Below are positions 24,601 to 42,600 of a stretch of DNA of 64,000 nt, piece by piece. The position numbers were made by a program, and so were the translations under genes. The notes under the pieces were generated by a model that saw only the letters and a program-made list of their open reading frames with translations, did not search any database and was not told the DNA's origin. This DNA is from Eledone cirrhosa (Eukaryota): the NCBI GenBank assembly GCA_964016885.1, contig OZ024740.1, positions 202,430,001 to 202,494,000 on the forward strand. Direction: 5' to 3'. Position 1 is the stretch's first letter. Every line of letters begins with the position of its first letter.

Positions 24601-27600
24601 TACAGAACATGAACTGATGACTATGGGGTTGATACAGAACATGAACTGATGACTATGGGGTTGATACAGAACATGAACTGATGACTATGGGGTTGATACA
24701 GAACATGAACTGATGACCATGGGGTTGATACAGAACATGAACTGATGATTATGGGGTTGATACAGAACATGAACTGATGACTATGGGGTTGATACAGAAC
24801 ATGAACTGATGACTATGACGTTGATACAGAACATGAACTGATGACTATGGGGTTGATACAGAACATGAACTGATGACTATGACGTTGATACAGAACATGA
24901 ACTGATGACTATGGGGTTGATACAGAACATGAACTGATGATTATGGGGTTGATACAGAACATGAACTGATGACTATGGGGTTGATACAGAACATGAACTG
25001 ATGATTATGGGGTTGATACAGAACATGAACTGATGACTATGGGGTTGATACAGAACATGAACTGATGACCATGACGTTGATACAGAACATGAACTGATGA
25101 CTATGGGGTTGATACAGAACATGAACTGATGACTATGGGGTTGATACAGAACATGAACTGATGACTATGGGGTTGATACAGAACATGAACTGATGACTAT
25201 GGGGTTGATACAGAACATGAACTGATGACTATGGGGTTGATACAGAACATGAACTGATGACTATGGGGTTGATACAGAACATGAACTGATGACCATGACG
25301 TTGATACAGAACATGAACTGATGACTATGGGGTTGATACAGAACATGAACTGATGACTATGGGGTTGATACAGAACATGAACTGATGACTATGGGGTTGA
25401 TACAGAACATGAACTGATGATTATGGGGTTGATACAGAACATGAACTGATGACTATGGGGTTGATACAGAACATGAACTGATGACCATGACGTTGATACA
25501 GAACATGAACTGATGACTATGGGGTTGATACAGAACATGAACTGATGACTATGGGGTTGATACAGAACATGAACTGATGACTATGGGGTTGATACAGAAC
25601 ATGAACTGATGACTATGGGGTTGATACAGAACATGAACTGATGACTATGGGGTTGATACAGAACATGAACTGATGACTATGAGGTTGATACAGAACATGA
25701 ACTGATGACTATGGGGTTGATACAGAACATGAACTGATGACTATGGGGTTGATACAGAACATGAACTGATGACTATGACGTTGATACAGAACATGAACCG
25801 ATGACTATGGGGTTGATACAAAACATGAACTGATGACTATGGGGTTGATACAAAACATGAACTGATGACTATGAGGTTGATACAGAACATGAACTGATGA
25901 CTATGGGGTTGATACAGAACATGAACTGATGACCATGACGTTGATACAGAACATGAAATGATGACTATGGGGTTGATACAGAACATGAACTGATGATTAT
26001 GGGGTTGATACAGAACATGAACTGATGACTATGGGGTTGATACAGAATATGAACTGATGACTATGGGGTTGATACAGAACATGAACTGATGACTATGGGG
26101 TTGATACAGAACATGAACTGATGACTATGAGGTTGATACAGAACATGAACTGATGACTATGGGGTTGATACAGAACATGAACTGATGACTATGGGGTTGA
26201 TACAGAACATGAACTGATGACTATGGGGTTGATACAGAACATGAACTGATGACTATGGGGTTGATACAGAACATGAACTGATGACTATGGGGTTGATACA
26301 GAACATGAACTGATGACTATGACGTTGATACAGAACATGAACTGATGACTATGGGGTTGATACAGAACATGAACTGATGACTATGGGGTTGATACAGAAC
26401 ATGAACTGATGACTATGGGGTTGATACAGAACATGAACTGATGACTATGGGGTTGATACAGAACATGAATTGATGACTATGGGGTTGATACAGAACATGA
26501 ACTGATGACTATGGGGTTGATACAGAACATGAACTGATGACTATGGGGTTGATACAGAATATGAACTGATGACTATGAGGTTGATACAGAACATGAACTG
26601 ATGACTATGGGGTTGATACAGAACATGAACTGATGACTATGGGGTTGATACAGAATATGAACTGATGACTATGAGGTTGATACAGAACATGAACTGATGA
26701 CTATGGGGTTGATACAGAACATGAACTGATGACTATGGGGTTGATACAGAACATGAACTGATGACTATGGGGTTGATACAGAACATGAATTGATGACTAT
26801 GGGGTTGATACAGAACATGAACTGATGACTATGGGGTTGATACAGAACATGAACTGATGACTATGGGGTTGATACAGAATATGAACTGATGACTATGACG
26901 TTGATACAGAACATGAACTGATGACTATGGGGTTGATACAGAACATGAACTGATGACTATGGGGTTGATACAGAATATGAACTGATGACTATGAGGTTGA
27001 TACAGAACATGAACTGATGACTATGGGGTTGATACAGAATATGAACTGATGACTATGACGTTGATACAGAACATGAACTGATGACTATGGGGTTGATACA
27101 GAACATGAACTGATGACTATGGGGTTGATACAGAATATGAACTGATGACTATGACGTTGATACAGAACATGAACTGATGACTATGGGGTTGATACAGAAC
27201 ATGAACTGATGACTATGGGGTTGATACAGAACATGAACTGATGACTATGGGGTTGATACAGAACATGAACTGATGACTATGGGGTTGATACAGAACATGA
27301 ACTGATGACTATGGGGTTGATACAGAATATGAACTGATGACTATGACGTTGATACAGAACATGAACTGATGACTATGGGGTTGATACAGAACATGAACTG
27401 ATGACTATGACGTTGATACAGAACATGAACTGATGACTATGGGGTTGATACAGAACATGAACTGATGACTATGACGTTGATACAGAACATGAACTGATGA
27501 CTATGGGGTTGATACAGAACATGAACTGATGACTATGACGTTGATACAGAACATGAACTGATGACTATGGGGTTGATACAGAATATGAACTGATGACTAT

Positions 27601-30600
27601 GACGTTGATACAGAACATGAACTGATGACTATGGGGTTGATACAGAACATGAACTGATGACTATGGGGTTGATACAGAACATGAACTGATGACTATGGGG
27701 TTGATACAGAACATGAACTGATGACCATGGGGTTGATACAGAACATGAACTGATGACCATGGGGTTGATACAGAACATGAACTGATGACTATGGGGTTGA
27801 TACAGAACATGAACTGATGACTATGGGGTTGATACAGAACATGAACTGATAAATATGGGGTTGATACAGAATATGAACTGATGACTATGGGGTTGATACA
27901 GAACATGAACTGATGACTATGGGGTTGATACAGAACATGAACTGATGACTATGACGTTGATACAGAACATGAACTGATGACTATGAGGTTGATACAGAAC
28001 ATGAACTGATGACTATGGGGTTGATACAGAACATGAACTGATGACCATGGGGTTGATACAGAACATGAACTGATGACTATGGGGTTGATACAGAACATGA
28101 ACTGATGACTATGGGGTTGATACAGAACATGAACTGATGACTATGGGGTTGATACAGAACATGAACTGATGACTATGGGGTTGATACAGAACATGAACTG
28201 ATGACTATGACGTTGATACAGAACATGAACTGATGACTATGAGGTTGATACAGAACATGAACTGATGACCATGGGGTTGATACAGAACATGAACTGATGA
28301 TTATGGGGTTGATACAGAACATGAACTGATGACTATGGGGTTGATACAGAACATGAACTGATGACCATGGGGTTGATACAGAACATGAACTGATGACTAT
28401 GAGGTTGATACAGAACATGAACTGATGACTATGGGGTTGATACAGAACATGAACTGATGACTATGGGGTTGATACAGAACATGAACTGATGACTATGAGG
28501 TTGATACAGAACATGAACTGATGACTATGGGGTTGATACAGAACATGAACTGATGACTATGGGGTTGATACAGAACATGAACTGATGACCATGACGTTGA
28601 TACAGAACATGAACTGATGACCATGGGGTTGATACAGAACATGAACTGATGACTATGGGGTTGATACAGAACATGAACTGATGACTATGGGGTTGATACA
28701 GAACATGAACTGATGACTATGGGGTTGATACAGAACATGAACTGATGACTATGGGGTTGATACAGAACATGAACTGATGACTATGAGGTTGATACAGAAC
28801 ATGAACTGATGACTATGGGGTTGATACAGAACATGAACTGATGACCATGACGTTGATACAGAACATGAACTGATGACTATGAGGTTGATACAGAACATGA
28901 ACTGATGACTATGACGTTGATACAGAACATGAACTGATGACTATGGGGTTGATACAGAACATGAACTGATGATTATGGGGTTGATACAGAACATGAACTG
29001 ATGACTATGGGGTTGATACAGAACATGAACTGATGACTATGAGGTTGATACAGAACATGAACTGATGACTATGAGGTTGATACAGAACATGAACTGATGA
29101 CTATGACGTTGATACAGAACATGAACTGATGACTATGGGGTTGATACAGAACATGAACTGATGATTATGGGGTTGATACAGAACATGAACTGATGACTAT
29201 GGGGTTGATACAGAACATGAACTGATGACTATGGGGTTGATACAGAACATGAACTGATGACCATGGGGTTGATACAGAACATGAACTGATGACTATGGGG
29301 TTGATACAGAACATGAACTGATGACTATGGGGTTGATACAGAACATGAACTGATGACTATGGGGTTGATACAGAACATGAACTGATGACTATGGGGTTGA
29401 TACAGAACATGAACTGATGACTATGGGGTTGATACAGAACATGAACTGATGACTATGGGGTTGATACAGAACATGAACTGATGACTATGACGTTGATACA
29501 GAACATGAACTGATGACTATGGGGTTGATACAGAACATGAACTGATGATTATGGGGTTGATACAGAACATGAACTGATGACTATGGGGTTGATACAGAAC
29601 ATGAACTGATGACTATGGGGTTGATACAGAATATGAACTGATGACTATGGGGTTGATACAGAACATGAAGTGATGACTATGGGGTTGATACAGAACATGA
29701 ACTGATGATTATGGGGTTGATACAGAACATGAACTGATGACCATGGGGTTGATACAGAACATGAACTGATGATTATGGGGTTGATACAGAACATGAACTG
29801 ATGACTATGGGGTTGATACAGAACATGAACTGATGACCATGGGGTTGATACAGAACATGAACTGATGACTATGGGGTTGATACAGAACATGAACTGATGA
29901 CCATGGGGTTGATACAGAACATGAACTGATGATTATGGGGTTGATACAGAACATGAACTGATGACTATGGGGTTGATACAGAACATGAACTGATGACCAT
30001 GGGGTTGATACAGAACATGAACTGATGACTATGGGGTTGATACAGAACATGAACTGATGACTATGGGGTTGATACAGAACATGAACTGATGACTATGGGG
30101 TTGATACAGAACATGAACTGATGACTATGGGGTTGATACAGAACATGAACTGATGACTATGGGGTTGATACAGAACATGAACTGATGACTATGGGGTTGA
30201 TACAGAACATGAACTGATGACTATGGGGTTGATACAGAACATGAACTGATGATTATGGGGTTGATACAGAACATGAACTGATGACTATGGGGTTGATACA
30301 GAACATGAACTGATGACTATGGGGTTGATACAGAATATGAACTGATGACTATGGGGTTGATACAGAACATGAAGTGATGACTATGGGGTTGATACAGAAC
30401 ATGAACTGATGATTATGGGGTTGATACAGAACATGAACTGATGACCATGGGGTTGATACAGAACATGAACTGATGATTATGGGGTTGATACAGAACATGA
30501 ACTGATGACTATGGGGTTGATACAGAACATGAACTGATGACCATGGGGTTGATACAGAACATGAACTGATGACTATGGGGTTGATACAGAACATGAACTG

Positions 30601-33600
30601 ATGACCATGGGGTTGATACAGAACATGAACTGATGATTATGGGGTTGATACAGAACATGAACTGATGACTATGGGGTTGATACAGAACATGAACTGATGA
30701 CCATGGGGTTGATACAGAACATGAACTGATGACTATGGGGTTGATACAGAACATGAACTGATGACTATGGGGTTGATACAGAACATGAACTGATGACTAT
30801 GGGGTTGATACAGAACATGAACTGATGACTATGGGGTTGATACAGAACATGAACTGATGACTATGGGGTTGATACAGAACATGAACTGATGACTATGGAG
30901 TCGATACAGAACATGAACTGATGACTATGGGGTTGATACAGAACATGAACTGATGACTATGAGGTTAATACAGAACATGAACTGATGACTATGGGGTTGA
31001 TACAGAACATGAACTGATGACTATGAGGTTGATACAGAATATGAACTGATGATTATGGGGTTGATACAGAACATGAACTGATGACCATGGGGTTGATACA
31101 GAACATGAACTGATGACTATGAGGTTGATACAGAACATGAACTGATGACTATGGGGTTGATACAGAACATGAACTGATGACTATGGGGTTGATACAGAAC
31201 ATGAACTGATGACTATGAGGTTGATACAGAATATGAACTGATGACTATGGGGTTGATACAGAACATGAACTGATGACTATGGGGTTGATACAGAACATGA
31301 ACTGATGACTATGAGGTTGATACAGAATATGAACTGATGACTATGGGGTTGATACAGAACATGAACTGATGACTATGAGGTTGATACAGAATATGAACTG
31401 ATGACTATGAGGTTAATACAGAACATGAACTGATGACTATGGGGTTGATACAGAACATGAACTGATGACTATGAGGTTGATACAGAATATGAACTGATGA
31501 CCATGGGGTTGATACAGAACATGAACTGATGACCATGGGGTTGATACAGAACATGAACTGATGACTATGAGGTTGATACAGAACATGAACTGATGACTAT
31601 GGGGTTGATACAGAACATGAACTGATGACTATGGAGTCGATACAGAACATGAACTGATGATTATGGGGTTGATACAGAACATGAACTGATGACCATGGGG
31701 TTGATACAGAACATGAACTGATGATTATGGGGTTGATACAGAACATGAACTGATGACTATGGGGTTGATACAGAACATGAACTGATGACTATGGGGTTGA
31801 TACAGAACATGAACTGATGACTATGGGGTTGATACAGAACATGAACTGATGATTATGGGGTTGATACAGAACATGAACTGATGACTATGAGGTTAATACA
31901 GAACATGAACTGATGACTATGGGGTTGATACAGAACATGAACTGATGACTATGAGGTTGATACAGAATATGAACTGATGATTATGGGGTTGATACAGAAC
32001 ATGAACTGATGACCATGGGGTTGATACAGAACATGAACTGATGACTATGACGTTGATACAGAACATGAACTGATGACTATGAGGTTGATACAGAACATGA
32101 ACTGATGACTATGAGGTTGATACAGAACATGAACTGATGACCATGACGTTGATACAGAACATGAACTGATGACCATGGGGTTGATACAGAACATGAACTG
32201 ATGACTATGAGGTTGATACAGAACATGAACTGATGACTATGGGGTTGATACAGAACATGAACTGATGACCATGGGGTTGATACAGAACATGAACTGATGA
32301 CTATGAGGTTGATACAGAACATGAACTGATGACTATGGGGTTGATACAGAACATGAACTGATGATTATGGGGTTGATACAGAACATGAACTGATGACTAT
32401 GGGGTTGATACAGAATATGAACTGATGATTATGGGGTTGATACAGAACATGAACTGATGACCATGGGGTTGATACAGAACATGAACTGATGACTATGGGG
32501 TTGATACAGAATATGAACTGATGACTATGGGGTTGATACAGAACATGAAGTGATGACTATGGGGTTGATACAGAACATGAACTGATGATTATGGGGTTGA
32601 TACAGAACATGAACTGATGACCATGGGGTTGATACAGAACATGAACTGATGATTATGGGGTTGATACAGAACATGAACTGATGACTATGGGGTTGATACA
32701 GAACATGAACTGATGACCATGGGGTTGATACAGAACATGAACTGATGACTATGGGGTTGATACAGAACATGAACTGATGACCATGGGATTGATACAGAAC
32801 ATGAACTGATGATTATGGGGTTGATACAGAACATGAACTGATGACTATGGGGTTGATACAGAACATGAACTGATGACCATGGGGTTGATACAGAACATGA
32901 ACTGATGACTATGGGGTTGATACAGAACATGAACTGATGACTATGGGGTTGATACAGAACATGAACTGATGACTATGGGGTTGATACAGAACATGAACTG
33001 ATGACTATGGGGTTGATACAGAACATGAACTGATGACTATGGGGTTGATACAGAACATGAACTGATGACTATGGAGTCGATACAGAACATGAACTGATGA
33101 CTATGGGGTTGATACAGAACATGAACTGATGACTATGAGGTTAATACAGAACATGAACTGATGACTATGGGGTTGATACAGAACATGAACTGATGACTAT
33201 GAGGTTGATACAGAATATGAACTGATGATTATGGGGTTGATACAGAACATGAACTGATGACCATGGGGTTGATACAGAACATGAACTGATGACTATGAGG
33301 TTGATACAGAACATGAACTGATGACTATGGGGTTGATACAGAACATGAACTGATGACTATGGGGTTGATACAGAACATGAACTGATGACTATGAGGTTGA
33401 TACAGAATATGAACTGATGACTATGGGGTTGATACAGAACATGAACTGATGACTATGGGGTTGATACAGAACATGAACTGATGACTATGAGGTTGATACA
33501 GAATATGAACTGATGACTATGGGGTTGATACAGAACATGAACTGATGACTATGAGGTTGATACAGAATATGAACTGATGACTATGAGGTTAATACAGAAC

Positions 33601-36600
33601 ATGAACTGATGACTATGGGGTTGATACAGAACATGAACTGATGACTATGAGGTTGATACAGAATATGAACTGATGACCATGGGGTTGATACAGAACATGA
33701 ACTGATGACCATGGGGTTGATACAGAACATGAACTGATGACTATGAGGTTGATACAGAACATGAACTGATGACTATGGGGTTGATACAGAACATGAACTG
33801 ATGACTATGGAGTCGATACAGAACATGAACTGATGATTATGGGGTTGATACAGAACATGAACTGATGACCATGGGGTTGATACAGAACATGAACTGATGA
33901 TTATGGGGTTGATACAGAACATGAACTGATGACTATGGGGTTGATACAGAACATGAACTGATGACTATGGGGTTGATACAGAACATGAACTGATGACTAT
34001 GGGGTTGATACAGAACATGAACTGATGATTATGGGGTTGATACAGAACATGAACTGATGACTATGAGGTTAATACAGAACATGAACTGATCACTATGGGG
34101 TTGATACAGAACATGAACTGATGACTATGAGGTTGATACAGAATATGAACTGATGATTATGGGGTTGATACAGAACATGAACTGATGACCATGGGGTTGA
34201 TACAGAACATGAACTGATGACTATGACGTTGATACAGAACATGAACTGATGACTATGAGGTTGATACAGAACATGAACTGATGACTATGAGGTTGATACA
34301 GAACATGAACTGATGACCATGACGTTGATACAGAACATGAACTGATGACCATGGGGTTGATACAGAACATGAACTGATGACTATGAGGTTGATACAGAAC
34401 ATGAACTGATGACTATGGGGTTGATACAGAACATGAACTGATGACCATGGGGTTGATACAGAACATGAACTGATGACTATGAGGTTGATACAGAACATGA
34501 ACTGATGACTATGGGGTTGATACAGAACATGAACTGATGATTATGGGGTTGATACAGAACATGAACTGATGACTATGGGGTTGATACAGAATATGAACTG
34601 ATGATTATGGGGTTGATACAGAACATGAACTGATGACCATGGGGTTGATACAGAACATGAACTGATGACTATGGGGTTGATACAGAACATGAACTGATGA
34701 CTATGGGGTTGATACAGAACATGAACTGATGATTATGGGGTTGATACAGAACATGAACTGATGACTATGGGGTTGATACAGAACATGAACTGATGACTAT
34801 GGGGTTGATACAGAACATGAACTGATGACTATGGGGTTGATACAGAACATGAACTGATGACTATGGGGTTGATACAGAACATGAACTGATGACCATGGGG
34901 TTGATACAGAATATGAACTGATGATTATGGGGTTGATACAGAATATGAACTGATGACCATGGGGTTGATACAGAACATGAACTGATGACTATGAGGTTGA
35001 TACAGAACATGAACTGATGACTATGGGGTTGATACAGAACATGAACTGATGACTATGGGGTTGATACAGAACATGAACTGATGACTATGGGGTTGATACA
35101 GAATATGAACTGATGACTATGAGGTTGATACAGAACATGAACTGATGACTATGAGGTTGATACAGAACATGAACTGATGACTATGGGGTTGATACAGAAC
35201 ATGAACTGATGACTATGGGGTTGATACAGAACATGAACTGATGACTATGGGGTTGATACAGAATATGAACTGATGACCATGGGGTTGATACAGAACATGA
35301 ACTGATGACTATGAGGTTGATACAGAACATGAACTGATGACTATGGGGTTGATACAGAACATGAACTGATGACTATGGGGTTGATACAGAACATGAACTG
35401 ATGACTATGGGGTTGATACAGAACATGAACTGATGACTATGGGGTTGATACAGAATATGAACTGATGACTATGGGGTTGATACAGAATATGAACTGATGA
35501 CCATGGGGTTGATACAGAACATGAACTGATGACTATGAGGTTGATACAGAACATGAACTGATGACTATGACGTTGATACAGAACATGAACTGATGACTAT
35601 GGGGTTGATACAGAACATGAACTGATGACTATGGGGTTGATACAGAATATGAACTGATGATTATGGGGTTGATACAGAACATGAACTGATGACTATGGGG
35701 TTGATACAGAACATGAACTGATGACTATGGGGTTGATACAGAACATGAACTGATGACTATGGGGTTGATACAGAACATGAACTGATGACTATGGGGTTGA
35801 TACAGAACATGAACTGATGACTATGAGGTTGATACAGAACATGAACTGATGACTATGGGGTTGATACAGAACATGAACTGATGATTATGGGGTTGATACA
35901 GAACATGAACTGATGACTATGGGGTTGATACAGAACATGAACTGATGACTATGGGGTTGATACAGAACATGAACTGATGATTATGGGGTTGATACAGAAC
36001 ATGAACTGATGACTATGGGGTTGATACAGAACATGAACTGATGACCATGGGGTTGATACAGAACATGAACTGATGATTATGGGGTTGATACAGAACATGA
36101 ACTGATGACTATGGGGTTGATACAGAACATGAACTGATGACTATGGGGTTGATACAGAACATGAACTGATGACTATGGGGTTGATACAGAATATGAACTG
36201 ATGACCATGGGGTTGATACAGAACATGAACTGATGACTATGAGGTTGATACAGAACATGAACTGATGACTATGGGGTTGATACAGAACATGAACTGATGA
36301 CTATGGGGTTGATACAGAATATGAACTGATGATTATGGGGTTGATACAGAACATGAACTGATGACCATGACGTTGATACAGAACATGAACTGATGACTAT
36401 GGGGTTGATACAGAATATGAACTGATGACCATGGGGTTGATACAGAACATGAACTGATGACTATGAGGTTGATACAGAACATGAACTGATGACTATGGGG
36501 TTGATACAGAACATGAACTGATGACTATGGGGTTGATACAGAACATGAACTGATGACTATGAGGTTGATACAGAACATGAACTGATGACCATGACGTTGA

Positions 36601-39600
36601 TACAGAACATGAACTGATGACTATGAGGTTGATACAGAACATGAACTGATGACTATGGGGTTGATACAGAACATGAACTGATGACCATGACGTTGATACA
36701 GAACATGAACTGATGACTATGAGGTTGATACAGAACATGAACTGATGATTATGGGGTTGATACAGAACATGAACTGATGACTATGGGGTTGATACAGAAT
36801 ATGAACTGATGACCATGGGGTTGATACAGAACATGAACTGATGACTATGAGGTTGATACAGAACATGAACTGATGACTATGGGGTTGATACAGAACATGA
36901 ACTGATGACTATGGGGTTGATACAGAACATGAACTGATGACTATGGGGTTGATACAGAATATGAACTGATGACCATGGGGTTGATACAGAACATGAACTG
37001 ATGACTATGAGGTTGATACAGAACATGAACTGATGACTATGGGGTTGATACAGAACATGAACTGATGACCATGACGTTGATACAGAACATGAACTGATGA
37101 CTATGGGGTTGATACAGAACATGAACTGATGACTATGAGGTTGATACAGAACATGAACTGATGACTATGGGGTTGATACAGAACATGAACTGATGACTAT
37201 GAGGTTGATACAGAACATGAACTGATGATTATGGGGTTGATACAGAACATGAACTGATGACTATGGGGTTGATACAGAACATGAACTGATGACTATGGGG
37301 TTGATACAGAACATGAACTGATGACTATGGGGTTGATACAGAACATGAACTGATGACTATGAGGTTGATACAGAACATGAACTGATGATTATGGGGTTGA
37401 TACAGAACATGAACTGATGACCATGGGGTTGATACAGAACATGAACTGATGACTATGGGGTTGATACAGAACATGAACTGATGACTATGGGGTTGATACA
37501 GAACATGAACTGATGACCATGGGGTTGATACAGAACATGAACTGATGACTATGGGGTTGATACAGAACATGAACTGATGACCATGACGTTGATACAGAAC
37601 ATGAACTGATGACTATGGGGTTGATACAGAACATGAACTGATGACTATGGGGTTGATACAGAACATGAACTGATGACTATGGGGTTGATACAAAACATGA
37701 ACTGATGACTATGGGGTTGATACAGAACATGAACTGATGACCATGGGGTTGATACAGAACATGAACTGATGACTATGGGGTTGATACAGAACATGAACTG
37801 ATGACTATGAGGTTGATACAGAACATGAACTGATGATTATGGGGTTGATACAGAACATGAACTGATGACTATGGGGTTGATACAGAACATGAACTGATGA
37901 CTATGGGGTTGATACAGAACATGAACTGATGACTATGGGGTTGATACAGAACATGAACTGATGACCATGGGGTTGATACAGAACATGAACTGATGATTAT
38001 GGGGTTGATACAGAACATGAACTGATGACCATGACGTTGATACAGAACATGAACTGATGACTATGGGGTTGATACAGAACATGAACTGATGACTATGGGG
38101 TTGATACAGAACATGAACTGATGACCATGGGGTTGATACAGAACATGAACTGATGACTATGGGGTTGATACAGAACATGAACTGATGACTATGACGTTGA
38201 TACAGAACATGAAATGATGACTATGGGGTTGATACAGAACATGAACTGATGACTATGAGGTTGATACAGAACATGAAATGATGACTATGGGGTTGATACA
38301 GAACATGAACTGATGATTATGGGGTTGATACAGAACATGAACTGATGACTATGGGGTTGATACAGAACATGAACTGATGACCATGGGGTTGATACAGAAC
38401 ATGAACTGATGACCATGGGGTTGATACAGAACATGAACTGATGACTATGGGGTTGATACAGAACATGAACTGATGACTATGGGGTTGATACAGAACATGA
38501 ACTGATGACTATGGGGTTGATACAGAATATGAACTGATGACTATGACGTTGATACAGAATATGAACTGATGACTATGACGTTGATACAGAACATGAACTG
38601 ATGACTATGGGGTTGATACAGAACATGAACTGATGACCATGGGGTTGATACAGAACATGAACTGATGACTATGAGGTTGATACAGAACATGAACTGATGA
38701 CTATGGGGTTGATACAGAACATGAACTGATGACTATGAGGTTGATACAGAACATGAACTGATGATTATGGGGTTGATACAGAACATGAACTGATGACCAT
38801 GGGGTTGATACAGAACATGAACTGATGACCATGGGGTTGATACAGAACATGAACTGATGACTATGACGTTGATACAGAACATGAACTGATGACTATGGGG
38901 TTGATACAGAACATGAACTGATGACTATGAGGTTGATACAGAACATGAACTGATGATTATGGGGTTGATACAGAACATGAACTGATGACCATGGGGTTGA
39001 TACAGAACATGAACTGATGACTATGGGGTTGATACAGAACATGAACTGATGACTATGGGGTTGATACAGAACATGAACTGATGACTATGGGGTTGATACA
39101 GAACATGAACTGATGACTATGGGGTTGATACAGAACATGAACTGATGACTATGGGGTTGATACAGAACATGAACTGATGACTATGGGGTTGATACAGAAC
39201 ATGAACTGATGACTATGGGGTTGATACAGAACATGAACTGATGACTATGGGGTTGATACAGAATATGAACTGATGATTATGGGGTTGATACAGAACATGA
39301 ACTGATGACTATGAGGTTGATACAGAACATGAACTGATGACTATGGGGTTGATACAGAATATGAACTGATGATTATGGGGTTGATACAGAACATGAACTG
39401 ATGACTATGAGGTTGATACAGAACATGAACTGATGACTATGGGGTTGATACAGAACATGAACTGATGACTATGACGTTGATACAGAACATGAACTGATGA
39501 CTATGGGGTTGATACAGAACATGAACTGATGATTATGGGGTTGATACAGAACATGAACTGATGATTATGACGTTGATACAGAACATGAACTGATGACTAT

Positions 39601-42600
39601 GGGGTTGATACACAACATGAACTGATGACTATGGGGTTGATACAGAACATGAACTGATGATTATGACGTTGATACAGAACATGAACTGATGACTATGGGG
39701 TTGATACAGAACATGAACTGATGACTATGACGTTGATACAGAACATGAACTGATGACTATGGGGTTGATACAGAACATGAACTGATGATTATGACGTTGA
39801 TACAGAACATGAACTGATGACTATGGGGTTGATACAGAACATGAACTGATGACTATGAGGTTGATACAGAACATGAACTGATGACTATGACTTTGATACA
39901 GAACATGAACTGATGACTATGGGGTTGATACAGAATATGAACTGATGACTATGACGTTGATACAGAACATGAACTGATGACTATGGGGTTGATACAGAAC
40001 ATGAACTGATGACTATGAGGTTGATACAGAATATGAACTGATGATTATGGGGTTGATACAGAACATGAACTGATGACCATGGGGTTGATACAGAACATGA
40101 ACTGATGACCATGGGGTTGATACAGAACATGAACTGATGACTATGAGGTTGATACAGAACATGAACTGATGACTATGAGGTTGATACAGAACATGAACTG
40201 ATGACCATGGGGTTGATACAGAACATGAACTGATGACTATGGGGTTGATACAGAACATGAACTGATGACTATGGGGTTGATACAGAACATGAACTGATGA
40301 CTATGAGGTTGATACAGAACATGAACTGATGACTATGAGGTTGATACAGAACATGAACTGATGACTATGGGGTTGATACAGAACATCCACTGATGACCAT
40401 GGGGTTGATACAGAACATGAACTGATGACTATGGGGTTGATACAGAACATCCACTGATGACCGTGGGGTTGATACAGAACATGAACTGATGACCATGGGG
40501 TTGATACAGAACATGAACTGATGACTATGGGGTTGATACAGAACATGAACTGATGACCATGGGGTTGATACAGAACATGAACTGATGACCATGGGGTTGA
40601 TACAGAACATGAACTGATGACTATGGGGTTGATACAGAACATGAACTGATGACTATGGGGTTGATACAGAACATGAACTGATGACTATGGGGTTGATACA
40701 GAACATGAACTGATGACTATGGGGTTGATACAGAACATGAACTGATGACCATGGGGTTGATACAGAACATGAACTGATGACTATGGGGTTGATACAGAAC
40801 ATGAACTGATGACTATGGGGTTGATACAGAACATGAACTGATGACTATGGGGTTGATACAGAACATGAACTGATGACTATGGGGTTGATACAGAACATGA
40901 ACTGATGACTATGGGGTTGATACAGAACATGAACTGATGACTATGGGGTTGATACAGAACATGAACTGATGACCATGGGGTTGATACAGAACATGAACTG
41001 ATGACTATGGGGTTGATACATAACATGAACTGATGACTATGGGGTTGATACAGAACATGAACTGATGACTATGGGGTTGATACAGAACATGAACTGATGA
41101 CCATGGGGTTGATACAGAACATGAACTGATGACCATGGGGTTGATACAGAACATGAACTGATGACTATGGGGTTGATACAGAACATGAACTGATGATTAT
41201 GGGGTTGATACAGAACATGAACTGATGACCATGGGGTTGATACAGAACATGAACTGATGACCATGGGGTTGATACAGAACATGAACTGATGACTATGGGG
41301 TTGATACAGAACATGAACTGATGACTATGGGGTTGATACAGAATATGAACTGATGACCATGACGTTGATACAGAACATGAACTGATGACTATGAGGTTGA
41401 TACAGAACATGAACTGATGACTATGGGGTTGATACAGAACATGAACTGATGACCATGACGTTGATACAGAACATGAACTGATGACTATGAGGTTGATACA
41501 GAACATGAACTGATGACTATGGGGTTGATACAGAACATGAACTGATGACCATGACGTTGATACAGAACATGAACTGATGACCATGACGTTGATACAGAAC
41601 ATGAACTGATGACTATGAGGTTGATACAGAACATGAACTGATGACTATGGGGTTGATACAGAACATGAACTGATGACCATGACGTTGATACAGAACATGA
41701 ACTGATGACTATGGGGTTGATACAGAACATGAACTGATGACTATGAGGTTGATACAGAACATGAACTGATGACTATGACGTTGATACAGAACATGAACTG
41801 ATGACTATGAGGTTGATACAGAACATGAACTGATGACTATGGGGTTGATACAGAACATGAACTGATGACTATGGGGTTGATACAGAACATGAACTGATGA
41901 CTATGACGTTGATACAGAACATGAAATGATGACTATGGGGTTGATACAGAACATGAACTGATGACCATGGGGTTGATACAGAACATGAACTGATGACTAT
42001 GGGGTTGATACAGAACATGAACTGATGACTATGAGGTTGATACAGAACATGAACTGATGACTATGAGGTTGATACAGAACATGAACTGATGACTATGGGG
42101 TTGATACAGAACATGAACTGATGACTATGGGGTTGATACAGAACATGAACTGATGACTATGAGGTTGATACAGAACATGAACTGATGACTATGGGGTTGA
42201 TACAGAACATGAACTGATGACCATGACGTTGATACAGAATATGAACTGATGACTATGGGGTTGATACAGAACATGAACTGATGACTATGGGGTTGATACA
42301 GAACATGAACTGATGACTATGGGGTTGATACAGAACATGAACTGATGACTATGACGTTGATACAGAACATGAACTGATGACCATGGGGTTGATACAGAAC
42401 ATGAACTGATGACCATGACGTTGATACAGAACATGAACTGATGACTATGGGGTTGATACAGAACATGAACTGATGACCATGGGGTTGATACAGAACATGA
42501 ACTGATGACTATGGGGTTGATACAGAACATGAACTGATGATTATGGGGTTGATACAGAACATGAACTGATGACTATGAGGTTGATACAGAACATGAACTG

